In this document: piece after piece, positions 10,802 to 22,196 of the stretch | Layout: every line of letters begins with the position of its first letter | Numbering within the stretch: position 1 is the stretch's first letter | Origin: Heteronotia binoei | Taxonomy: Eukaryota | DNA: 64,000 nucleotides | NCBI RefSeq assembly: GCF_032191835.1 | Contig: NC_083233.1 | Span: forward strand, 53,754,001-53,818,000 | Direction of reading: 5' to 3' | The notes under the pieces: generated by a model | Database searches by the model: none | What the model saw: the letters and a program-made list of their open reading frames with translations, nothing else | What the model was told of the DNA's origin: nothing | Made by a program: the position numbers and the translations under genes

Positions 10802-11778
10802 TCAAAATGGTTCTTCCTTTTGTGGATTCTTTGATGCTGTTGGAGATTTTAACTCCAACTGAATCTCTTTCCACTCTAAGCATTCAAAAGGTTTCTCCCC
10901 TCTGTGGATTCTTTGATGCTTTTGAAGATTGCCATTGCAACTGAATTTCTTTCCACACTCTGAACACGCAAAAGATTTCTCTGTAGTGTGGGTTCTTTCA
11001 TGCTGTCGAAGATTTGAATTCTGATAAAATTTCTTTCCACACTCTGAGCATTCAAAAGGTTTCTCCCCTGTGTGGGTTCTTTGATGCTGCTGAAGATTCC
11101 AACTCCTACTGAATCTCTTCCCACACTCTGAGCATTCAAAAGATTTCTCCCCTCTGTGGATTCTTAGATGCTTTAGAAGATTGCTATTCTGACTGAATCT
11201 CCTTCCACACTCTGAGCATTCAAAAGGTTTCTCCCCTGTGTGGATTCTTTGATGCACCTGAACATAGACACTGCGACTGAATCTCTTTCCACACTCTGAG
11301 CATTCAAAAGGTTTCTCCCCTCTGTGGATTTTTTGATGCTGTTGAAGATTGCTATTCTGACTGAATCTTTTTCCACATTCTGAGCATTCAAAAAGTTTCT
11401 GTGCTGTGTGTATTCTTTGGTGTACAAAAAGCTGTGGGCTGTAACTGTAGTTTCCACAATAACAGCATTTACATGCCTTCATTATACTTTGGCTTGGAAA
11501 ACATACATCACCCTTTCTTCCATCTGAAAATGTCATTCTACTCTCTGAGTAGATCAATGGCTTTACTCCTGAATGAGTCCATTGGTGACTACTGTGGGCT
11601 GGGATTTCATGGAGGCCCTCTTGTTGGCAAGGAATGGACTTAACCCTCCTCTTCACTGTATGGCCTCCTTCCTGCCTCTGTGGTCCACATCTATTCCCAA
11701 AATTTCCTTCAGCCTCTACAATCTTGGCTTTTTCCAAAGAGAACCCCTGGAATTCCCCAACTGATTCACTGACACCTC
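10802..11778 (-). CDS. SCAN-KRAB-C2H2 ZNF gene, coding exon 5 (spacer + 6 intact C2H2 fingers, stop)
   Basis: Acceptor cag at 11779-11781, phase 1. Six CSECGK.F...L..H...H units with T/RGEKPF linkers. Confidence 0.9.
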
Positions 11779-12931
11779 CTGTTGGAATAAAGAGGGAGAT
11801 CCAATCACCACTCACACAAGAAGCCAAGTCATCAATCAGGAACGCCTGATTAATAAGTATGATTTTGTCTCCTGAGCTGCTGGTCACAACCTTTCCCTGG
11901 TCAGTCCCCCAGCAGAGTAGTTTTTATATCCTGATTATCCCTCTCCTACCCCAAAACCCTGAATGTACTTTAAGGAAAATGGTATCAAAAGATTGTTCCT
12001 CTACCCTCCACATTTGCCTTCACATGCAAGTCTTTTGATGATCAAATACAAAAAGCAATTGTGATTTCTAGTCCTGTGACTGTACAGAGTGCTTCCTTCC
12101 AGGTGTGATGAGAAAGGAGAGGAGCTGGTCTTCAGACTCTGTTAACTCATGTCTGCTGGGGTAGGGGGAGAATGCAGAAGCTCACCAAGTGAATACCACA
12201 GTTCTAAGGGAACCCCCCCATGGTTTTTTGGAAGGGAAGCCAGTTGTGGGGGGGGGGGGGAGGCCTGAAAATATATTCTTAAGTGAACACATTACCTTTT
12301 CCTGGAATATTCAATATTTAAGAACAATGCAGCTCCTAAATGGACTAAAAGAGCTGCAACTGAGCTCAGCCCCAAGAAGAACTCCCAAATTCTCAGGCCC
12401 CAAAAGGCCTCCCTCTGTCCCTAACCAGAAGGCTTTTTAACCAAGCAAGCAAGAGTTGCTAAAAAGTGAAGCAGAAATCTGTCATGGCTATTCTTTGCCT
12501 ATTCCCTTGACATAAGGGAAGGGAATATTCTATTGAGATCCTCTTGAGAAACTCTCCAGCCTTTTGTTTGTCTCCACTGTAGTCTATTGTACATCTGTGC
12601 CTTCTTTGGGAGGGAGAGAAATGAGAAGGAAGAGTAACACAAAGCCTTTGTCTGCTTCCACTTCCGGCCATGACACCCACCCTGGTTCTCATGCTGTCAA
12701 CCACATTGGCAGCAATTGCCACTGGACCAGCCATGTCAGTTGGGTTGCTCCACCACACTATGCTGTATGCAGCTTTCACTAGCACCTCAACTCCTGGAGG
12801 CCCCCGGAGTGGTTGAGTATAGGCCAAGCCTCACCATGACATACTGCTGTTCAATATTTTGATTAACACATCATCCTGCATCACCCTACTGGGAGTAATT
12901 CACACCTTTGGCACCTATGAAAGATCCTTAC

Positions 12932-13058
12932 CCAGAGAGGCCACATTCCCATAGTTGTCCAGCATCACTTCCATGTAGAGAGCTCTTTGGCCTGAATCCA
13001 GCAAGGCCCACTCAGTCTTGGTGAAATACACTGCCACGTCCTCAAAGGAAGTTGGAGA
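12932..13058 (-). CDS. SCAN-KRAB ZNF coding exon 4 (KRAB-A, canonical 127 nt)
   Basis: [42 protein letters not shown]; cag/gtaag; phase 0 to 1. Confidence 0.95.
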
Positions 13059-13272
13059 CTGAAAGAAAAAGCAGATTTCCTCCTCAGATATCATGCCAGG
13101 TGACTCTGGAAGGGGGAATTCTGGGAGGGAATAGGATGTAGAGCCTGGAAGGGGAAAAGGAAGTGGCATTCAGAGCCTCTCTTGCTCAGACACTTTAGAA
13201 GCAACTGCAGGAGCAAAAGCCCTGCTGAGAAAGAAGGGGAAACTCAGGCTGACCCCTGCTCATCTCCCCTAC

Positions 13273-13343
13273 CTGGATGGCAGGGGCAGCAGCCATTTCC
13301 ACTCCTCCACAAAGATGAAGGCTCGACACCATCTCTTCACTGC
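13273..13343 (-). CDS. SCAN-KRAB ZNF coding exon 3 (linker)
   Basis: 71 nt, cag/gtagg, phase 1 to 0, keeps frame (SEEMVSSLHLCGGVEMAAAPAIQ). Confidence 0.8.
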
Positions 13344-14009
13344 CTGTGAGGGAGAGAACATTGGAAGAAGGGATGTTAGCCATGATTTCATATTTTGTTT
13401 GCTTGTTTGAGTCCTCCTTCATGTATCTCTGCTACCAGGACTGTGAAACTTTGCCCTGTGTAGATTAAAAAAAATCTAATAATTTTTAGTAAAGTTGAGG
13501 GAGAGGTGAAAGAGAAGTACCATCTTCCTATGAGCCTTGAGAGGGGGAGTATAAACACTGCCAACACATTTCAGACTTGTGCGATACTTGAAACTTATCC
13601 TGTGAACCATAGAACTCAAAACTGTGACAACATCCCTGCTTCATCAGACCAAAGGCCCAGGAATGTCATTCTCCCACTGGCTGGGCCCTCCCACATGCCC
13701 TTGAGTTCAGGCTTCTGAGAGAAGAGGGTGCAGAAATGATGTCAAATGATACGTCACCATCACATCAGTCCAAAAACCCAAACGTGACATTAGTGCATCT
13801 GAAAACTCAAGGGTAATGTCAAGGGGTTTCTAGAGTGTCTGCTGATGCTCTGATGTCATGTCTAAACTTTCAGCAGGATGAGACATCAAAGTGACATCAC
13901 ATCCACCCCTTGCCACACCTCCAAAGTTTCAAGGGGTGCCAGGTCAACTTTTCTTTTTGGAGCCACCTTGAGTCACTCTAATGGAAGGTATGTGAGATAG
14001 GAATATTTT

Positions 14010-14311
14010 AGTTAACATGTGGAATATGCTGCTGCTGCTGGAAGTGGTGGCAGCTACAAGCATAGACAGCTTCAAGAGGGGACTGGATAAACATATGGAG
14101 CAGAGGTCAATGGCTATTAGCCACAAAGTATAAATGAAACGCTATGTCTGGGGCAGTGATTCTTTGTATTCTTGGTGCTTAGAGGGCCACAGTGGGAGGG
14201 CGTCTGGAGTTCTGGCCCCACTGATGGACCTCCTGATGACACCTGTGTTTTGGCCACTGTGTGACACAGACTGTTGGACTGGATGGGCCATTGGCTTCTC
14301 TTATGTTCTTA
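14010..14311 (+). mobile_element. CR1 LINE 3' end
   Basis: ORF2 end plus 3' UTR ending TTCTCTTATGTTCTTATG; homologous to 46339-46932 and 47722-48326. Confidence 0.8.
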
Positions 14312-14503
14312 TGAAAATGTAATTGTCATTCATGAACCTATATAATTCCCCTTCAAGTGAATGACCACCATTACGTCCTCTGGCACCGAGTCCCAGAAGT
14401 CCACTCTATGTTGTGTGCAAAAGTATTTCCTTTTTCTCCTGTCCTGAACCCTCTATTTAACAACTTCATAATGTGCCCAAATCTCGGCACAAGGCACCCT
14501 TAC

Positions 14504-14618
14504 CAGGTGAGAGGGCATCTTGGGCACACTTCTGGGTCTGCACCCACTGCTCTTCCTCTGAAGGAGATTCTTCCTCCTCAGAGAACTTCACTTCCATCTT
14601 CACAGATGGTCGCCACAT
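14504..14618 (-). CDS. SCAN-KRAB ZNF coding exon 2 (linker)
   Basis: 115 nt, polypyrimidine-cag/gtaag, phase 0 to 1 (MWRPSVKMEVKFSEEEESP...). Confidence 0.8.
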
Positions 14619-14858
14619 CTGAAACAATAGTGGAAGAAATGGAGTAAGAGAAGGAATGCTAAAGACCAAGGAGACGATCTTGCCCCATTCCGATCCTTAC
14701 CCCTGCATCAATCAACAGCGCTGCTTGAACCACAGTGGCAAGATTCAAGGTTGGATTTTCTATCAACCCTGGTCAAGCATCTGGAGGGATAAAGATTGAG
14801 CAGGGAGGCCTTAGGCTAAGGTCAAGTATCACAGCTTGACTGAATGAAGCTCCCTCAC

Positions 14859-15281
14859 CTGCTCTGCCTGCCTCTTCTCCTCTGCCTGACTCAGGAGGAA
14901 ACCTTCAGCCAGGGCCACTGCCTGGGAACTGGTCTCCGGCACACATCCTCTGACCCAGTGCTGCATTTCCTCAGGCAGGATGGCCAGGAACTGCTCCAGG
15001 ATCACCAGGTCCAGAATTTGCTTCTTGGAGTGCCTCTCTGGCTTTAGCCACTGGTTGCAAAGTCCATGAAGCTGGCTGCAAACCTCTCGGGGCCCAGCAG
15101 CCTCATGGTAGCAGAACTGCCGAAAACACTGGCAATGTTCATCTGAGATCCCGGTGTCTTGATGCAGGATCTCTGGCATACCTCTTTCCCAGAATTCAAC
15201 ACTACTCCCTGCCTGTATGGGATGGAGGTCTTTTCTCAATTTCTTGCCAATTCCTCCTAGTACTTCTGGGTCCTCTTCCAT
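14859..15281 (-). CDS. SCAN-KRAB ZNF coding exon 1 (SCAN domain)
   Basis: [59 protein letters not shown]...SQAVALAE is a SCAN domain. Acceptor upstream at 15334, donor gtgag at 14858. Spliced CDS totals 1713 nt (570 aa). Confidence 0.95.
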
Positions 15282-15654
15282 CTTCTTCTCCTTCTAGTGG
15301 GTTGCCTCTGATAGCGAAAGATGCCTTTATTTACTAGGTATGAAGAGGGAGAGGGAAATATATCAAAAAGGCAGAAAGAAACCTAAAGAGAATGGAGCTA
15401 CATCACCAACCCTGGTCAAGAGACACACCCAAGATTAATGTAATTGTGCTATATTAATTATTGTAGACTGCCATTAACAATTGTTGACATCTCTCAGTAA
15501 GCCTGAAGTCTCCAGGTCCTGATGGCATACACCCAAGGGTTGTTAAGGATGTGAGATAGTTGATCTACTAACCTGCATATGTAACCTATCACTAAATTCA
15601 GCCACTGTACCACAACACTGGAGAGTAGCAAATGTTACACCAATTTTTAATTTT

Positions 15655-16578
15655 TTAAAAGTGATCCTGCAGGAGCCAGGAAATTACAGGCCAGTCAGCC
15701 TAACACCTGTCCCAGGTTTATTAGTAAAAACTGTAATCAAAGACAGAATTGTTAGGCACATAGCATGCTGAGGGAAAATCAGCATGGTTTCTGCAAGGGG
15801 AAGGCCTGCATGCCAGTGAGTAGACAAAGAGGATTTTTCCCCCTTTCCCAAAATACTGGAAAATACTTGAGGGCATCCAATGAAACTGATGGCAGCAGAT
15901 TCAAGACAGACAAAAGGAAATAGTTCTGTATACAGAGAGAGATTAAAATGTGGAATTCACTGCAAGAGGATGTAGTCATGGCCACAGGAATAAACATCTT
16001 TAAAGGGAAACTAGATATCTTCATGGAGGATAAGTCCAACAATGACTGCTAGCCATGGTGACTGAGGGGAACCTCTACATTCAGAGGCACTAAATCTCTG
16101 AGTCCCAAAGGCAGGAGACAATATCAGGGGAAAGTTTCAGTCTCTTTACCAGGGATGTCGAACTCATTTGTTATGAGGGCCGGATCTGACATAAATGAGA
16201 TCTTGTTGGGTCGGGCCATGCCATGCGTGAACCAATTTAAGATTAGATAGCAGATATATAAATTTTATAAAGAACACAGACAAGCACAAATATAGATTTT
16301 TTAAAACTTAAAATATTAGCATTCATTGGTCTTAAAGATGTTTTCTTTGTATTTCTCCATGGGATCCAAGAACTGGGCAAAGGGAGCGCTGGCTCTTTCC
16401 TTCCTTTCCAGGGAGAAGGAAGCAGATGACAGCCAGTTGCTCGGGGGCCTGATTCGGCCCCTAAACTGCATGTTTGACACCCCTGCTCTATACCCTGTTG
16501 TTGGCCCTTCAAAGGAACTGATTGGCCACTGTGTGAAACAGAATGCTGGATTAGATGGACCACTGGTCTGATCCAGTA
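15655..16578 (+). mobile_element. Internally deleted CR1 LINE, split by a hAT MITE
   Basis: GNYRPVSLT and QHGFCKG-like RT motifs joined to a CR1 3' end that resumes after 16485. Confidence 0.7.
16150..16485 (+). mobile_element. hAT MITE
   Basis: TIR CAGGGATGTCGAAC / GTTTGACACCCCTG; TSD CTCTTTAC/CTCTATAC. Confidence 0.85.
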
Positions 16579-17214
16579 GGTCTCTTTGTATGTTTTTAAT
16601 CTAGGGATCCTGTTGCTGAAGCCACAATCCTCATAGGGATGTGTTTCCAGGTGCTGTTTGCCCCTTCTGGTCTTCTGATTTCAGGGGGCATGGCTCTCTG
16701 CCTGTCACAGGGGAGTTGCCTTGTGCTGTGACTCATGGGCACTGGTGGTGTTTCCATAGACACCAGTGGCATTGCTAGGCTCCTGGTACCTTGACAACTG
16801 ATTTTTTTTAAAAATTCCCTCTCCTCTGTTGGGGAGCCTTGGATACCCACCAGCAGCCTTGGCCCCACACTGGCACTGCATCAGGGTCTTAAGATGGGGC
16901 TGTGGTTGATTCCCATTTAGGTAGGAGTTAGCCTCCCTCCCCTGCACAAACACACAATGTCCTTTTTTACTTATAGACCCAATTAATAATCTTTGCTCCC
17001 TCCCCGGAACTAAAATCACAAGCAGCAGAATTCCAATTTCATACATTTTTTTTTATTGTACTTAAAGACATTGATTACCCCCCCCCCCACACACACACAG
17101 TTACATAGTGCAGCAACACTGATGCTTAATACAGTTGCCAACCTCCAGGAAGGGACTGGGGATCTCCAACAATTGTAACTGATAGTCAGAGAACAGATAT
17201 CAGTTGCCTTAGAA

Positions 17215-17823
17215 CAGGGGTGTCAAGCATGCAATTTGGGGGCCGAATCAGGCCCCTGGAGGTCTCATATCAGGCCCCCAAGCAACAGACTGTCATCTGC
17301 TTCCTTCTCCCTATATCTTGCTTTCTTCTGCATAACAGCTTGCTTTGCAAGGCTTGCTCAATTGCACAGGAGCTACAGAGCAAAACCTCTCTTTTCTCCA
17401 TTGGCTGAGGCTCCTCCCTTAGAGAGAAGGGGGGAGAGCTTGCTTTCCCAGGCTTTCTCAATTGCACAGCAGAGCTACTGAGCCAAGCCTCTCTTCCTTC
17501 TATTGGCTGAGGCTCCTCCTTCTCCTCTGGGGAAGGAAGGAAAGAGCCAGAGCTCCCTTTGCCCAGTTCCCTGAATCATATGAGAGAAATACAAAGAAAG
17601 CATCTAAGACCAATGAGTGCTAATGTTTTAAGCATGTTTTATTTTAAATATATATTTATATATATATATACATTTATGTTTGTGTTCTTTATGAAATGTG
17701 TATCTCTGCTACCTAATCTTAAATAGGTACACGTATGGCCGGCCCAACCTGACATGACCTGGCCCAACAAGGTCTCATTTATGTCAGATCCGGCCCTCAT
17801 AACAAATGAGTTCGACACTCCTG
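17215..17823 (-). mobile_element. Longer, inverted relative of the hAT MITE at 16150-16485
   Basis: Both arms are reverse-complement homologous to 16150-16485; TSD degenerate. Confidence 0.8.
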
Positions 17824-18059
17824 TTTAGACGGTAGGCTCTACGGTATTATACTCCACTGAGCTTCCTGCCTAGGCTCCACCCCGCCATTGTACAGGAATT
17901 TGTCATCACAGACTTGACAACCGTAGGACCTGACAGCAGCATCTTTTGCAGAATTAAAATGACCAGCAATTGAACGCCAGTTTCATACACCTAATTTCCT
18001 TGCACCTAAAGACACTGATTATCTCCCCAACCCCCTCATTTATTTAATGGCGGCGGCAT

Positions 18060-18460
18060 TCCTCTCTTCCGAGATCTAATACGTAATCCCCCGCTCCGTC
18101 AATGACTTACTTGCAAGTAAACCTTCCGTGGACCGGCTGCAAGGCTTTTCCCTGCTCTTGCGGATTTGAAGGTTCTTCTTTTCGGCAATTCGTTACTCCT
18201 TTCTCCTCCGCACCCCCCCCCTCCCGGAAGAGCCTTTCTTCTTTTGCGCCCGCCTCCTTGCTCGGCCTCTCCAGCAAACAGCTTTGTCCCTTTAACCCTT
18301 TCAGCGCTGGACACAAATTAAAATGCCTCCCGTCCTGTCCTTCCCATGCGGAGCGGTTCCCAGACAGACGGACTGGTCCTCAGCCAGGTTGTCTCCAGTT
18401 ACTCCCTCTCTGGCTCACTAGAGCTGCTCGGGAGTAATTCCGCATGGGGTTGCGCTCCCA
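18060..18460 (-). promoter_or_regulatory. CpG-rich promoter / non-coding first exon of the ZNF gene
   Basis: Local CpG enrichment and a strong minus-strand donor gtaagt at 18110-18105. Confidence 0.6.
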
Positions 18461-21385
18461 GAGTACCCCATGGTATTCAGTCATCTCAGAAAACAGTACG
18501 GGATGGGGGAGAGAATGAAAATTAAGGTAAACTAAAGGAAACAGGTCTACCTTTAATCCTATTCAGTGGGTTTGCTCCCAGGATATAGAGCTGCTAATCT
18601 CCTGGTGCAGCCTCGAGATCTCCCAGAATTACGGCTGTTCTCTGGACTGCAGAGATCAGTTCCCTGCAGAAAATGGTTTCTTTGGAAAGGTGGACTCTCT
18701 GGCATTACACGCCGCTGAGCTCCCTGCCCTTCGCAGGCTCCACTCCAAATGTCTAGGAATTTACCAGCCAGGAGTTATCAACCCTATGATTGATAGCAGC
18801 ATTTCAGGATCTAAAAGCTTATCCCTCCCCCCGCCGTCGCGTGTAAGTAAATCTTCCCAAGGATACAAGTGCAAATTGTTTTCCCTTTGCTACATATCTA
18901 ATTCACGAATCATGAGCAACCTCGCCCCCGAAAAAGTCTTTCCTCTCCCCCACCCCAGTTCCTTCCACAACGCAGATTAAGCTCCACAAGCGTTGAGTTT
19001 ACCACTATGAGATAGAATGACTCAGTGCTCATACAAAGAACGAGCAGAGGTTCACTGAAGACTGCCTGTGTTTGTTCACTGTAACCTATGAACAGAACTT
19101 GTGTGTGTGTAGAAAGGGAGAGGCTGACAATATGTTTTTAATGCAGTTATCCTCGGATCTGGGTAGTAGGGAGGAGGACCTTGACAAAAGCTCTTCTGAC
19201 AAGCTGCAATGGACTCCTGTGTTAATGAAATATTTAGCCCCTTGGTTGATTCCATTTCCAGGATTAATAACCCTTTAATACGCTGGAGTGGGTGTGGTCC
19301 TTTCCTGATGGGCCTGGCCACTTTCTCTCCATGGCTGTTTTTGGAATTCCAACCAGCACTGCCCTCCCCCACAGAAAATACCCCATTCAAAACAGTTTGC
19401 AGGGAAGGGTGGACTGCCCTCTCAACCCAGAGCCAGGACCCATCTGAGTGGAGGAAGGCCACACTTCCCTATTTGCTTCCAAGTGGACCCAGCTCCATTC
19501 TCACCACATGACAAGGCAAAGCTTCCCAAACTAGAGAGGGTTCTGGAGAACTGATGCTTAAAACTGGACTGGTTTACCAAACTGAATACCTTGACCACCT
19601 TTGCTCAGTCAGATGTGGCACTTTTTGTTCCGCTGTCAGAAAGAGGCATGGAAGATTTCAAAACGGAATGTAAAAGCATGACACTATGACATGGCATGAC
19701 ATCAAGTCACTCTGGCCTCCGAGACTGGCTTTCCAAGGTACTCTGATCTGATCAAGAGGACAAAATGGCTGGGGGATGGAGATTTGGATTTCTGCAGGAA
19801 ATCGGGAGGCAGCTTCCTGCCACTGGGCAAAACCTCTTTCCTGTATGGGCCAAAAAAGGCAAGTGGATTGATACAGAGCGGGTCAAATAACAAGGCTGGA
19901 TCCTTAACTGCTTCCCTTAGGCACCATGAAGGGAAAAATCCAGAAATGGTACTGGGTGATTTGACTGTTTGTAGTATTCTACCTGGCCTTATAAAGCCAT
20001 ACTGGAAAGGGATCTGGAGCACTGATAGATGAAACAACTCGTTTGCAGAATCTGATCCTTTGCTAATCCTGTTCATGCACTCCTTGTTCCACAGCCAGAA
20101 AGAAGCAGTGGCTCAATGGTAGATCATCTGCTTTGCATACAGAAGGTCCCAGGTTCAACCTCTGAGGTCTCCAACAAAATAAATAATCTTGTGGTAGTTG
20201 ATATGAAAGACACTGGAGAGACGCTGCCAAATAGACCAGCTTGTACTGGCCTCAATGGAATCACAATCTGATTCAGTAGGCAGCTGCAGCTATATTTGGA
20301 CATGTAAAAGCCTGAGTTTCAGACAGCCTGACTCTTCTGCCCAAGGCACCTGTTGCTTGAGAATCAGCCAAGCCAGTCTCAGATGGTCTGTATCTGCTCA
20401 GGGCTTTCTTTGCCTCTGGACTGTCAGCCCCAACTCTTTTTTTTTTTTTGCAAATCTTTGAAAAGTCATCACACAGCATAATTGGAACAATATGACTTTT
20501 CTGTACACTGGGCAAATGTATTTTATTAAATGAAAAAAATTTCTGGAGTGCACTATGTACCAGACCCCATGGGAATGGCTGGCTTGCTTGTTACCCTGTT
20601 TTGATTATGGTATATCTGATGCTCACATATGCTGATACTGTGTAGCAGTTGTTAGTGTAACTTGTCAGCTGACCTCAGCTGTGAACTCCTGAAAGTGTTT
20701 TTTACATGAATAAAATAAAACAGGTACAAATATCCAATGGCAAGGAATTCCAGAGGATATGTGTGTGCCAAAAAACAGAACAATGAACTATCATAGCCAA
20801 TACTGTGTAGTGCAACTGTCACCAACCATTTTGAGGCTGTGGCCCCCTTTGGAATTTTGGGAGACAATGGTGAGCTCTGCCCCCGTTAAAGTGAGTTCAG
20901 CCAGCTCTTAATCAACCAAGAATGCTTTATTCAGAAGAAACAGTTACAAACAGGCATCAATGACGAACTATATACATTTGAAAATGGGGAGGAGACCATG
21001 CCCAGTGGACAGGCACTCACCAGTTCAGTTCTGCTTTCCAGGATCCTTCATTTACATTTTCTTGTGAAATGCCTCACGTCCTGACTGGCCAGTTCCAAGA
21101 GAATGACCCATCAGAATGTAGACGTCAGGATCCTGGTTTGCAGTGAGTGTCTGCCTCAAGCTGAGTCTACAAGTACATTACATAATACAAAAGGCTTCTA
21201 CAGGAAGCAGACCTCCTCAGAAGAATGAAATCCTGAAAGAACAGAACTGCACACTGACTAAGGAAAGCTCAGATCTATGTGGGCAGCCATGTTGGTCTCA
21301 AGTAGCTGAACAAATTTTGAGTCTAATGGCATAAGACCAACAAAAGTTTATTCAAGGTATGAGCTTTTGTGTGCAGGTACACTAT

Positions 21386-22142
21386 GGGCTTTTTCACACA
21401 GTCTATGTATTCCGGTATGGAAGCTGGTCAGTTACTGAACAGTAACGGGTTTCTGCTGGCATTTCAGACAGACCCGATTCAGTAACTGGCTGCTACCGGA
21501 ATACTCTCACCTTTTCACACACTCCCACGGCTGTCCCGGTAGTGAGGCGTGCCTGAGTCGTTACAAACAAAGAGCAGCTTCTTCCACTTTTCAACCCCTC
21601 CTTCCGGGTTGAAATCGCTATGGGGTGCTGTGTGAAATGTCCAGTATCCAACCCGGGAGCAGTTTTCGCGCCCTTTTTCGCCCGCCGGCGCGCGCGATCT
21701 CCGGCTTTTTGGGGGGGGGAACGTCGGGCTAAGATCGCTATAGCGCTATAGCGACGTATCACAATAGCATCACCATAGGGATGCCTGGGCTCCATTAAGA
21801 TGCCAGATATCGCCACCGCTGAAACCTGGTAACTTATCTCAATAGAGCCTAGCCATCTCTATGGTGTTGCTGTTGTGATACGTCGCTATAGCGCTATAGC
21901 GATCTTAGCCCGATGTTCCCCCCCCAAAAAATAAGCTGGAGATCGCGAGCCGGCAGGCAAAAACAGCTGGTGCTGGTGGAAGCGAGATAAGAGCGGAACA
22001 GTGTGAAATGGCTCGCTTCAATCACGGAACCCTACCGGGGAAAAAAACATGTGTCTGAAAACTCCCATCCCTATCTCGGATTACTGCAAGCGGCACAATA
22101 CCGACTCCCTTCCGGTTTGCACTGGTAAGTGTGAAAAGGGCC
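21386..22142. mobile_element. PIF/Harbinger-like fold-back MITE
   Basis: TIR GGGCTTTTTCACAC / GTGTGAAAAGGGCC, 3-bp TSD TAT, long internal inverted repeat, CpG-rich. Confidence 0.7.
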
Positions 22143-22196
22143 TATCTCTGTTGCTTACCAGGTCTCCTTGAAGGCAGTGAAAAACAAGAGCTGCCT

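Noticed and set aside
12459-12827. Additional ZNF coding exon at ~12600
   Set aside because: In the required phase 1 it stops after six codons (EGTDVQ*); the KRAB exon splices in frame directly to 11778.
19960-20030. LINE RT motif in QIPFQYGFIRPGR
   Set aside because: It resembles DPFQSGFRPG, but flanking residues do not follow any RT; too short to call.
21330-21385. Penelope-like terminal fragments (also ~26330-26410, ~32265-32400)
   Set aside because: They look like reptile Penelope-type repeat ends but are too short for me to classify with confidence.
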